A DNA stretch of 61,342 bases, counting the filler, from Anaerolineae bacterium (GTDB lineage Bacteria > Chloroflexota > Anaerolineae > Epilineales > Epilineaceae), in the NCBI GenBank assembly GCA_029262755.1. It is 6 parts of 6 records of this genome, joined end to end, with 100 filler letters (N's around TTAATTAATTAA, not from the genome) between each part and the next. Parts side by side here need not be neighbours in the genome. Positions count along the whole stretch, not along the records: positions 29,109 to 42,983 come from JAJCYU010000287.1; 5 more parts are not named here. One strand, written 5' to 3'. The notes under the pieces are model-generated. The model was not told the DNA's origin. It ran no database searches and saw only the letters and a list, made by a program, of their open reading frames with translations. Both the position numbers and the translations under genes were made by a program. Below, piece by piece: positions 29,009-37,660 of this stretch; position 1 is the stretch's first letter, and every line of letters starts with the position of its first letter.

Positions 29009-29108
29009 NNNNNNNNNNNNNNNNNNNNNNNNNNNNNNNNNNNNNNNNNNNNTTAATTAATTAANNNNNNNNNNNNNNNNNNNNNNNNNNNNNNNNNNNN
29101 NNNNNNNN
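29009..29108. other. Artificial contig spacer
   Basis: Same linker. Confidence 0.98.
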
Positions 29109-29170
29109 AGCAGGTTGAGGTTGGGGCCGTGCAGCACCAGGATGTGCTCGGGCGTTTCGCTGTTGCTCAT
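29109..29170 (-). CDS. aroQ: Type II 3-dehydroquinate dehydratase, N-terminal fragment
   Basis: Read by hand: MSNSETPEHILVLHGPNLNL, containing the AroQ signature (H/N)GPNLNL. Sits at the end of the aro operon and is cut by the contig end. Confidence 0.85.
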
Positions 29171-29253
29171 CTCAGGTCTCCCGTGATGCACGGCGCGATC
29201 CGGTCGGTTGGTCGGGCTCTACGAGCGCCCCGGATCGATCCCGCGACGCACCC

Positions 29254-30531
29254 TTAGCCGAGGCTCTCGAAGGTGGCCCGCAGGGTGTCCACGGTCAGAT
29301 CGACCTGCGATTCGTCGATGACGAGCGGCGGGGCGATGCGAATCACGTGCTCGTGCGTTTCCTTGCATAGCACGCCCCGTGCGCGCAGGTCTTCGGTGTA
29401 GCGACGCGCGCCGCCCGCTTGCTCCCACAGCTCGATGCCGATCCACAAGCCCGTCTGGCGAACCTCACGGATCGAGCCGAAATCGAAGCGATCCAGGGCC
29501 TCGGCGAAGCGCGCACCCATCGCGGCCGCGTTGTCGATCATGCCCTCGTCCTGCAGCACCCGGATCGCTTCCGTGGCCACCGCCGCACCGAGCGGATTGC
29601 CGCCGAAGGTCGAACCGTGGTCGCCCGGTCCGAAGACGTCCATGACCTCGTCGTCCGCCAGAAATGCCGAGACCGGATACATGCCACCGGAGAGCGCCTT
29701 GCCGAGCGTCATCGCATCGGGCCGCACGCCGGCATGGTCGCACGCGAAACGCTTGCCCGTGCGACCTAGGCCGGACTGGATCTCGTCGGCGATCATCAGC
29801 ACCCGGTGTTGGTCGCACAGGGCGCGGACCCCCGGCAAGAAGTCGGCTGGAGGAATGATGATGCCGCCCTCTCCCTGAACCGGCTCCAGCAACACGGCCA
29901 CCGTGTTGGGCGTGATCGCCCGTTCGAGCGCGGCCAGGTTGCCGTAGGGCAGGATGCGGAATCCCGGCGTGAAGGGGCCGAAACCGAAGCGGTACTGCTC
30001 ATCGTCCGAGAAGGAGATGATCGAGATCGTACGTCCCGCGAAGTTGCCATCGAAGACCAGGATCTCCGCCTCACCGTCGGGCACGCCCTTGACCGTGTAG
30101 CCCCACTTGCGCGCCGCCTTGAGGGCCGTCTCAACCGCCTCGGCGCCGGTATTCATCGGCAGGACGCGCGTGTAGCCGCTGAAGTCCGAGAGCTCCTGAT
30201 AGAAGGGCGCCAGTTGGTCGTTGCGGAACGCACGCGAGGTCAGCGACATCCGCCCAAGCTGCGCGGTCATCGCGGCTACGATCCGCGGATGCTGGTGCCC
30301 CTGGTTGACCGCCCCGTAGGCCGCCAACCCGTCCAGATAGCGTGTGCCCTCGACATCCCACACCCAGCACCCTTCGCCCCGCGTGATCACCACGTCGAGC
30401 GGCTTGTAGTTGTGCGCGCCGATGCGCTGCTCGATGGCGATGAGTTCTGCGGCCGAGAGTGCATGGCCGGTTGCGTTGCCGATTCCGGCACCGGAGTGCG
30501 AATCGGACGGTGTGGACTTCGAGCGGGACAC
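29254..30531 (-). CDS. rocD: Ornithine--oxo-acid aminotransferase
   Basis: GAHNYKPLDVV, TSRAF, MNTGAEAVETA, FGPFTPGF, DEIQSGLGRTG, LGKALSGG, HGSTFGGNPL. GTG start with GGAG inferred. Confidence 0.9.
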   Translation of the reverse strand: MSRSKSTPSDSHSGAGIGNATGHALSAAELIAIEQRIGAHNYKPLDVVITRGEGCWVWDVEGTRYLDGLAAYGAVNQGHQHPRIVAAMTAQLGRMSLTSRAFRNDQLAPFYQELSDFSGYTRVLPMNTGAEAVETALKAARKWGYTVKGVPDGEAEILVFDGNFAGRTISIISFSDDEQYRFGFGPFTPGFRILPYGNLAALERAITPNTVAVLLEPVQGEGGIIIPPADFLPGVRALCDQHRVLMIADEIQSGLGRTGKRFACDHAGVRPDAMTLGKALSGGMYPVSAFLADDEVMDVFGPGDHGSTFGGNPLGAAVATEAIRVLQDEGMIDNAAAMGARFAEALDRFDFGSIREVRQTGLWIGIELWEQAGGARRYTEDLRARGVLCKETHEHVIRIAPPLVIDESQVDLTVDTLRATFESLG

Positions 30532-30583
30532 GCGGCGCTCCGGAGCGGGAATACGGTCGGAGAATCCAACCGATGGATGGATG

Positions 30584-32653
30584 TCAGCGCAAGGCCAGAA
30601 GTATATCAGCCCGCGTGATACGGTCGCAGACCCGCACGTCGCCGGGGGCCACGGGCAACACGAAGCGCAGTCCTTCGGGACCACGCTTCTTGTCGCCCTC
30701 CATGGCATCGATCAAGCTCGCTCGATCCAAGGTGTCGGCATTCCGGCCGTCCATACCCCGGCCCGCATCGGCACGCTCGCGATCGGCGTTGCGTGCGTCG
30801 ATCTCCGTCCTTTGCTCGAGCGCCTCCTCGACCGTGGTCGGCAGGCCGAGCCGGCGTAGCAACAGCACCATTCGTTCTGCGATCGGCTCCATCGCGATTC
30901 CCCGCGCTTCCGACAAGCGTGCGGCCGCGACGAGCCCCACGGCCACGGCCGCACCGTGGCGCACGCGATAGCCGCTTGCGCTCTCGATCGCGTGGGCGAA
31001 GGTGTGCCCCAGGTTGAGCAGGATACGACGACCGCCAGGGCCCTCGGTCGGATCCTCGCTCACGATTGCGGCCTTCACGGCCGCAGCGCGTGCTACGAGC
31101 GCCGTCCACCCCCCCGGCCCCGTCCACGCACCGTCCGAGGCGACGGTGTGCATCTCAAGCTCCGAGAGCAGCGTCGGATCGCCGATCCACGCCGTCTTGA
31201 CGACTTCCGCAAGGCCCTCACGCAGTACGTCTCCGTCCAGGGTTCCCAGAACACGCGGGTCCACCACGACCAAAGCCGGCTGCCAGAATGCGCCCGCGAG
31301 GTTCTTCCCCGCGCCAAGGTTGACGCCCGTCTTGCCGCCGATGGCCGCGTCGACCATCGCCAGCAGCGTCGTGGGGACGGCCGCCCAGCGCAGCCCGCGT
31401 AGCAGCGTGGCGGCCGCAAAGCCGGCGACGTCGGTCACGACCCCCCCGCCCAATCCGACGATCACGTCATCCCGCGACGGCGCCGCTCCGGCCAGGGTCT
31501 CCCACAAGGCCGCGATCGTCGCAGGCGATTTGGCGGGCTCCCCCTGACCGATGCACAGGATCCCGCGACCATCGGCCGCCACGTCCAGCGTCGGTGGCGC
31601 GTCGAAGCTCGCGGCACCGGATGGTGCGTGGGATGCGCGGGGTGCGTGTGCGTCCAACACGGTTCGCGCAGCGTTCGCCGCGGTATCGTCGCCCGCGAGC
31701 TCGTGCTCGAACTTGTGCTCGTGCCCGTGCTCAACCGCGGGCCCGCTGCTCGCCCCGTCGAGCGGCAGCACGCCCGCGGTCACGAGCGAGCGGGTTGCCG
31801 TGGGCCCATACAGCGGCGCCACAAGGCGGTCGCTGACGAGCGCCGCGCGCCCGTCTAAGCCGGCGGCGGACATCAACGCCCCGAGGACCTCGAGCAGCCT
31901 GTCGCCCACATGGACCGCGTAGCGCGCGCCGCCCGCCGCAACGGGGACCGCCCGCCACGACCTACCCGCGGTCGCGGTGAGCAACGCGAGCACGTGTCCG
32001 GCGACCTCGTCGATCGTCCGCCCATCCACGGCGACCTGCCGCGGCACGGCGCCGTAGGTCGCCCAGCGTTCGTCGAGCAGCGAAGCGATCCGGGACGTGA
32101 GCGCGCCGGGGCCTGCGAGCATCGGGCGCGCATTCGACGTGGCTCCGGATGCCCCTCCAGGCACCCCACTACGCTCGCGGCCCTCGCTAGCGGTCTCAAG
32201 CTCCAGGCCCTCGCTACCGGCCTCGCCGACAAGACCGGCCGGTTGCGCGTTCGAACCAGCCTCCGTGACGCGCGAGGCGATCGTCTCCGGCGTCGCCGTC
32301 AAGCACACGAGCGGTCCAAGTTGCTCGAGCGCAGCACGGCTCCGCGCGTCCCCGATCGTCCAGCCGCCGGTCGCGATCACGACCTCGCGCAGCGCATCGT
32401 CGCGCGCGAGATCCGCGACCGCATCACGTTCGCGCGCACGAAAGCCGGCCTCGCCTTCGTCGGCAAAGATCGCAGGGATCGACCGCCCCGCCTTCTGCTC
32501 GATCAACTCATCGAGATCGATGACGTGCCACCCGATCCGTGCTGCGATCGCCTGGGCTACGACGCTCTTGCCGACGCCGGTCATGCCCGTGAGAACGATC
32601 ATGCGGCGCGCGCCCCCGATGGCCTCGGGGTCGATAGGAGCGTCGTCGCTCAT
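30584..32653 (-). CDS. aroKB: Bifunctional shikimate kinase / 3-dehydroquinate synthase
   Basis: AroK part: GMTGVGKS, GEAGFRARE. AroB part: GGGVVTDVAGF, PTTLLAMVDAAIGGKTGVN, LNLGHTFAHAIE, DKK. Carries three low-complexity inserts. Confidence 0.92.
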   Translation of the reverse strand: MSDDAPIDPEAIGGARRMIVLTGMTGVGKSVVAQAIAARIGWHVIDLDELIEQKAGRSIPAIFADEGEAGFRARERDAVADLARDDALREVVIATGGWTIGDARSRAALEQLGPLVCLTATPETIASRVTEAGSNAQPAGLVGEAGSEGLELETASEGRERSGVPGGASGATSNARPMLAGPGALTSRIASLLDERWATYGAVPRQVAVDGRTIDEVAGHVLALLTATAGRSWRAVPVAAGGARYAVHVGDRLLEVLGALMSAAGLDGRAALVSDRLVAPLYGPTATRSLVTAGVLPLDGASSGPAVEHGHEHKFEHELAGDDTAANAARTVLDAHAPRASHAPSGAASFDAPPTLDVAADGRGILCIGQGEPAKSPATIAALWETLAGAAPSRDDVIVGLGGGVVTDVAGFAAATLLRGLRWAAVPTTLLAMVDAAIGGKTGVNLGAGKNLAGAFWQPALVVVDPRVLGTLDGDVLREGLAEVVKTAWIGDPTLLSELEMHTVASDGAWTGPGGWTALVARAAAVKAAIVSEDPTEGPGGRRILLNLGHTFAHAIESASGYRVRHGAAVAVGLVAAARLSEARGIAMEPIAERMVLLLRRLGLPTTVEEALEQRTEIDARNADRERADAGRGMDGRNADTLDRASLIDAMEGDKKRGPEGLRFVLPVAPGDVRVCDRITRADILLALR

Positions 32654-34026
32654 CCCACCGGACCGTCGTAGCCGAAACGCCACGGTACGTTGTCCATCGG
32701 AAGCTCGCTTAGTCGGCCGCGACGTAGCGCAGCGATGCGCGGCGCAATCTCGTCGATCGAATCGCCGCCGACCTTGGCAAGCAAGGCGTCCGCGAGGACG
32801 AAGGCCACCATGGCCTCGCCGATGACACCGGCGCGTGGAACGGAGCAGAAGTCGCTGCGCTCGTATGCGGTTTCGGCCGGCTTGCCGGTGGCCAAGTCGA
32901 CGGAAGCCAGGGGCGATAGCGTCGTCGAGATCGGCTTCATCGCCGCGCGCAGGATCACCGGCGCGCCCGTCGTGATGCCGCCTTCCAATCCGCCACCGCG
33001 GTTGCCGGCGCGCCCGATCACGGTCTCGCCCGAATGTGCGTCGTCATCGAGGATGAACCGGTCGTGCACCAGCGTTCCGCGGCGCGTGGCGTTCTCGAAG
33101 GCCGGACCGAGCTCGGCGCCCTTCACGGACGGTACCGACGTAATGGCGGCAAGCAACCGGCCGGTCAGGCGGCGGTCCCATTGAACGTGGCTCCCCAGAC
33201 CGGGCGGCACGCCGAGGGCCACTACCTCGAAGCAACCACCGAGCGTGTCCCGCGCCTTGATCGCCTGCTGGATCTCGGTGCGCATTGCGGCCGAGGCCGC
33301 GGCATCGTAGCAGCGGAGCTCGTCGGCGTCCGCCGTCGCGAAGCGCGTGCGGTATGCGGCCGCCGCAGCCCGCGCATCCGGCTCGTCGAAGAGCGGATCG
33401 TGGCACACGTCGCGGCGGATTTCTTCGTCGCCCCCGTGCCCGTCCCCATCCCCATCCTCGTGCCCGCCCCCGTCTCCAGCACGCTCGCCTCTATCACGAT
33501 CGCGTCCGGGTCCGCTTCGCGATTCGGTCGCTTCCGGCAAACCCATCACCGTCACCCGCCCGATGCGCGTGACATAACTGCCGATCGTCACGCCGAAGTG
33601 CGCCAAGAGCTGCAGGCAGAGACCGCCGACCGCGACGCGTGCAGCCGTTTCCCGCGCGCTCGCGCGTTCAAGCGATAGGCGCAACTCGCCGTAGCCATAC
33701 TTCACGGCGGCGGAGAGGTCCGCGTGTCCGGGCCGGGGTGTGGTCAGGGGAGGGATATCGCGATCCGCCCAGGCCGCGAAGTCCAGGTTCTCGATCGTGA
33801 GGCCGACCGGAGCGCCGGTGGTGAGACCGCCGAGCACGCCGCCGTGGATCGATACCGCGTCGCGTTCGATGGCCATGCGCCCACCCGTGCCGAACCCGGC
33901 CTGGCGACGCGCCATGAGCGCTGCCAGCGCGGTTCGGTCGAGCGCCAGCCCCGCGGGCAGCCCGTCGAGGATCGCGGAAATTCGCGGTCCGTGAGACTCG
34001 CCGGCCGTCAGGAAGCGCAGCGTCAT
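32650..34026 (-). CDS. aroC: Chorismate synthase
   Basis: LRFLTAGESHG, PRPGHAD, ERASARETAARVA, GGLEGGIT, MKPIST, ERSD. Start is the ATG at 34026. Confidence 0.96.
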   Translation of the reverse strand: MTLRFLTAGESHGPRISAILDGLPAGLALDRTALAALMARRQAGFGTGGRMAIERDAVSIHGGVLGGLTTGAPVGLTIENLDFAAWADRDIPPLTTPRPGHADLSAAVKYGYGELRLSLERASARETAARVAVGGLCLQLLAHFGVTIGSYVTRIGRVTVMGLPEATESRSGPGRDRDRGERAGDGGGHEDGDGDGHGGDEEIRRDVCHDPLFDEPDARAAAAAYRTRFATADADELRCYDAAASAAMRTEIQQAIKARDTLGGCFEVVALGVPPGLGSHVQWDRRLTGRLLAAITSVPSVKGAELGPAFENATRRGTLVHDRFILDDDAHSGETVIGRAGNRGGGLEGGITTGAPVILRAAMKPISTTLSPLASVDLATGKPAETAYERSDFCSVPRAGVIGEAMVAFVLADALLAKVGGDSIDEIAPRIAALRRGRLSELPMDNVPWRFGYDGPVG

Positions 34027-35081
34027 GGGGTCCTCGTTTCGCCGGTCCGACGATGCAGCTGTCGACGTCGGGCGATCTCCGCCGTGGCGGCCGCGTGCAT
34101 TGTCTCGATGGGCGCCGGGAGTCCGGTCCACAATCGGAAGCTGGCCGCAGCCTGCGCGACCAACATTCCGAGCCCGCCCTCAGCCGCGGCGCCCGCCGCA
34201 CGGGCATGATGAACGAGCGCTGTCTCCGTGGGCCACGCGATCAGGTCGATCAGCGCCAGATCCGCCGGCCACGGGACGTCGAGCGGCCAGGGCGACGCGA
34301 CGGTCGCGGATCCGGCCGCCGACAGCGCTGGGGGCTCCGACAGGGACTTCGCTGCGGGCTCCGCTGCCGATCCAGTCGCCGACTCCGCTGCGGACTCTCT
34401 CGCGGGGTCGGCTAGGTCTTGGATCTCCGGCGCGGTGATCGTTGGCACGCCGGCTGCGCCGACCGGGGTCGCGTTGACGAGCAACGCGGCTCGCGCCGCG
34501 CGGTGCACGACCGTGGCGTCGTCGAGCAGGCACGTGGAGACGACGGCGCCGCGTACGTGGCGGCTCATCTGTCCGGCAAGGACCGCGGCGCGCCCGCTGG
34601 AGCGGTTGAGCACGTCGACGGTCCAGCCTCCGTGGAGGAGGACGCCGGCAACGGCCCGCGCCGCACCGCCAGCGCCGAGCAGTACGGCGTGTCGGCCGCG
34701 ACCGTCTTCCAAGCCCATGCCGCGCAGAACATGCAGAAAACCCGACGCATCGGTGTTTTCGCCGCGCAATAGCCCGTCGGGGTCGCGCACGATGGTGTTC
34801 ACCGCACCAACACGCGTGACGATGCCGCTCTCGTCCTGCACGAGATGGCGCGCGGCCACCTTGTGCGGGACCGTGATGTTGGCCCCGGCGAGTCGGGCGT
34901 CCTGTAGATCCTCGAATGCAGCACGCAGCGGAGCGTCGCCCGGCGCGCTCGGCGTGGGGCGCAGCACGTAGCGTGCGTCGATGCCGGCCTCCGCGAAGGC
35001 CGCCACGTGCAGCGCGGGCGATAGCGATGCGGCGACGGGATCGCCCACAAGGGCGTAAATCAAAGCGCTCATGTCGCCCAT
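34023..35081 (-). CDS. aroE: Shikimate dehydrogenase
   Basis: GDPVAASLSPALH, GANITVPHK, GAVNT, NTD, LGAGGAARA, NATPVG, GLGMLVAQA. Confidence 0.94.
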   Translation of the reverse strand: MGDMSALIYALVGDPVAASLSPALHVAAFAEAGIDARYVLRPTPSAPGDAPLRAAFEDLQDARLAGANITVPHKVAARHLVQDESGIVTRVGAVNTIVRDPDGLLRGENTDASGFLHVLRGMGLEDGRGRHAVLLGAGGAARAVAGVLLHGGWTVDVLNRSSGRAAVLAGQMSRHVRGAVVSTCLLDDATVVHRAARAALLVNATPVGAAGVPTITAPEIQDLADPARESAAESATGSAAEPAAKSLSEPPALSAAGSATVASPWPLDVPWPADLALIDLIAWPTETALVHHARAAGAAAEGGLGMLVAQAAASFRLWTGLPAPIETMHAAATAEIARRRQLHRRTGETRTP

Positions 35082-35082
35082 T

Positions 35083-36447
35083 CTAGGCGCGCCTGATCTC
35101 CGCCCCCAGCCCGCGCAATGTCTCTACGAAGCCGGGGAACGAGTCGGCCGGGCGGTTCCCGTCGCTGATCACCGTCTCACCGGCAGCCGCAAGGGACGCG
35201 ACGGCCAGGCTCATCACGATCCGATGATCGCCGTGTCCCGCGAGCTTCGCCCCGATGAGCGGCGTTGGGCCGTCCACGACGAAGCCATCGCGCCGGGCCT
35301 CGATGTGAGCGCCCATGCGGCCGAGTCCTGCCACGATCGCCTCGATTCGGTCGGATTCCTTGGCCCGCAGTTCCGCGGCGTCGGCAAGCACGGTGCGTCC
35401 CGTGGCGAAGGCGCCGAGGACGGCCAGGAGCGGTAGCTCGTCGATGGCGCGCGGTATCAGCGTTCCCGCAACGCGCGTTGCGCGCAGCGGCGCATGTCGC
35501 ACGGTCACGTCCGCCACGGGCTCGCCGTGGGCGACGCGCCAATCGTCGATCGCCACGACGGCACCCATCGCGCGCAGAATCTCAAGGATCCCATCGCGCC
35601 CTGGATTCAAGCAGATGCCGGGCGTATGGACTTCGCCTCCGGGCGAGATCGCGGCCGCGACCCACAAGAAGGCCGCGCCCGACGGATCGCTTGGGACGTG
35701 GTAGTGCCCGTCACCGGGCGGAGCCAGGCCGGCCACGGGGCCGTGCAATACGCTTGAGCGCGGGCTCCAACGCAGCGGCGCGTCCATGTCGGCCAGCATG
35801 CGCTCCGTGTGGTCCCGCACGGCGGAGGGGTAGCGCACGCTGCTCTGCCCGTCCGCGTTGAGCGCGCCGAGCAGCACGGCACTGCCTACCTGCGCGCTCG
35901 CCTTCTCCAGGAGAATATCGGCACCACGTAGCCCACCGCCCGCACCGACCACGGGCGCACGCCCATCGGTGGCGGCCACGTCGGCGCCCATGGCCCGTAG
36001 CGGCGTCACGATGCGTTGCATGGGACGTGCGCGCAGCGCTTCCGAGCCGAAGAGCACGAAGGTGCGGTCCTGGCCCGCGAGCAGGCCCGCCAGCAGGCGG
36101 AGCGTCGTTCCGGAATCGCCACAGTCGACGGCCACGGCCGGTCCGGCAAGGCCACGAGGCCCGCGTCCCTCGATCCGCAGCAATGGGGCGGCTGCAGGCG
36201 ACGGCTTGTCTTCCGCGTCGACCTCCGGGGAGCGCGCGACCGTTTGCACAGCAACGCCCATCGCCTCGAGCGCGGAGAGCGTGCGTCCCACATCGCGACA
36301 GGTCGACAGGCCGCGGACTTCGGTGCGGCCGTCTGCGATCGCTGCGAACATCAGAACGCGATGAGAAAGCGACTTGTCGCCGGGTACGGTTGCGGCTCCG
36401 GCGATCGTCGCGCCTCCATTGACATAAAGACTTGGGGCGGCTTCCAT
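35083..36447 (-). CDS. aroA: 3-phosphoshikimate 1-carboxyvinyltransferase (EPSP synthase)
   Basis: VPGDKSLSHR, DCGDSGTTLRL, RPMQRI, SAQV, RDHTE, IDELP, ELRAKESDRI, DHRI. Start uncertain (36447 or 36591). Confidence 0.95.
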   Translation of the reverse strand: MEAAPSLYVNGGATIAGAATVPGDKSLSHRVLMFAAIADGRTEVRGLSTCRDVGRTLSALEAMGVAVQTVARSPEVDAEDKPSPAAAPLLRIEGRGPRGLAGPAVAVDCGDSGTTLRLLAGLLAGQDRTFVLFGSEALRARPMQRIVTPLRAMGADVAATDGRAPVVGAGGGLRGADILLEKASAQVGSAVLLGALNADGQSSVRYPSAVRDHTERMLADMDAPLRWSPRSSVLHGPVAGLAPPGDGHYHVPSDPSGAAFLWVAAAISPGGEVHTPGICLNPGRDGILEILRAMGAVVAIDDWRVAHGEPVADVTVRHAPLRATRVAGTLIPRAIDELPLLAVLGAFATGRTVLADAAELRAKESDRIEAIVAGLGRMGAHIEARRDGFVVDGPTPLIGAKLAGHGDHRIVMSLAVASLAAAGETVISDGNRPADSFPGFVETLRGLGAEIRRA

Positions 36448-36788
36448 GAGGCGGGATGTCCTTGGGCCGATGCCGTGTTGTTCCCGTGTGCCTTGGGACG
36501 CGCCCTTGGCCGCGGAACCGACGAGGGCGTCATCGACCGCGCAAGCAAGTTCGCAGGCGTCCAGGGTCCATTGTTGGGTCCCGGTGGCCACATCGTCAAG
36601 ATGGACGAGCCCGCAAGGCGCGTCCGATAGGAAGATGACCGAAGAAAGGGTGCCGAAGCGCCGCTCCAGGGGCCGGATGAGACGAGGTAATCGTGGAGCT
36701 ATTGCTGAGGAACAGCAGGGCGCTGGTGCGGATGCAGCGGAACCCGTACCCGATTTGGTCAGGTGCTAGTTGGACGTGCCCTTAACGA

Positions 36789-36819
36789 AGTAGCCCCCGG
36801 CGTCTCGCCGGGGGCTACT
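36789..36819. terminator. Strong hairpin between the small ORF and aroA
   Basis: Perfect 14-bp stem AGTAGCCCCCGGCG-TCT-CGCCGGGGGCTACT with only a weak U-tract on the minus strand. Confidence 0.6.
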
Positions 36820-37002
36820 CGCTGTCTATGTGTTCACACACGTGGGTTCATCTCTCTGGGCAAGCCCTCTTCTCGCGCCTGTTCACGTCGTTCGCTCGGG
36901 GCCGTTGTGGGTACCGACCTCCGACATCTCCGCGACGGGCGTGGCTGGGGACTCGCTAGCGCGCCTCACCTGCCAAGCGGGGCGCGTGGGCGGTTGAAAA
37001 GA

Positions 37003-37206
37003 CTAGCGTACGGCAGCCTCACGTACGCGAACCGGGATCGTCGCCGGCATCGGTCGGCGCAGCTCAAGGATGCGACCCTCCGTGCGGGCATCGGTCTCGG
37101 GCTCGTCGTCGCTAAGAATCGCACGCAACAACATCAAGCTTCCGATCGCCTTCAGGCGTTCGCTGCGGCCGTGATACCCGTCTTGTTCCAAACGTTGCTC
37201 GTTCAT
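37003..37206 (-). CDS. Small hypothetical protein (67 aa)
   Basis: AGGTAGGA ribosome-binding site a few nt before the ATG. It is the most plausible ORF in the aro/men intergenic region and ends IPVRVREAAVR. Confidence 0.55.
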   Translation of the reverse strand: MNEQRLEQDGYHGRSERLKAIGSLMLLRAILSDDEPETDARTEGRILELRRPMPATIPVRVREAAVR

Positions 37207-37660
37207 CAGAATTCCTACCTATTGTGCTGGCCAAAACGGCCTGTGGACCAAAGGCGGCCACGCCGCCACTACCCTCCAAGCAAGACCAATTCCAAGGACC
37301 GCGACCCCTAAGCTACCTAGCGCGGTGTGCTGCCTCGCCAACCAAAACCGCTCCCAACGTTGCGACAGACCCGAATCAAGCCCTCCAACCAAAGTTGTCC
37401 TGCCTACTCCAACACCACCAAACTCCAACTGTCCGAAGCGAATTGGGTCCTGCTTCTTCGACCAGCCTAACGATGTAGACGAATCAAGGTTCGATGTGCT
37501 TAGCATCTACTACGTGATTCAGAAGCCGATCGTGACCCTTACAACACCTGAAGCACCGTCTCCCTGACCTGTGTCTACATTACGCGAGAACGAGCACCAG
37601 GTTGCACATCTTGCCCCCCATGACGCCGAAACGCATGCGAAGGGTACGTCCCAAGCCTGA

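Noticed and set aside
36450..36830. T-box riboswitch or leader-peptide attenuator upstream of aroA
   Set aside because: No T-box consensus (GGTGGNACC) on the minus strand and no short ORF rich in aromatic codons was found.
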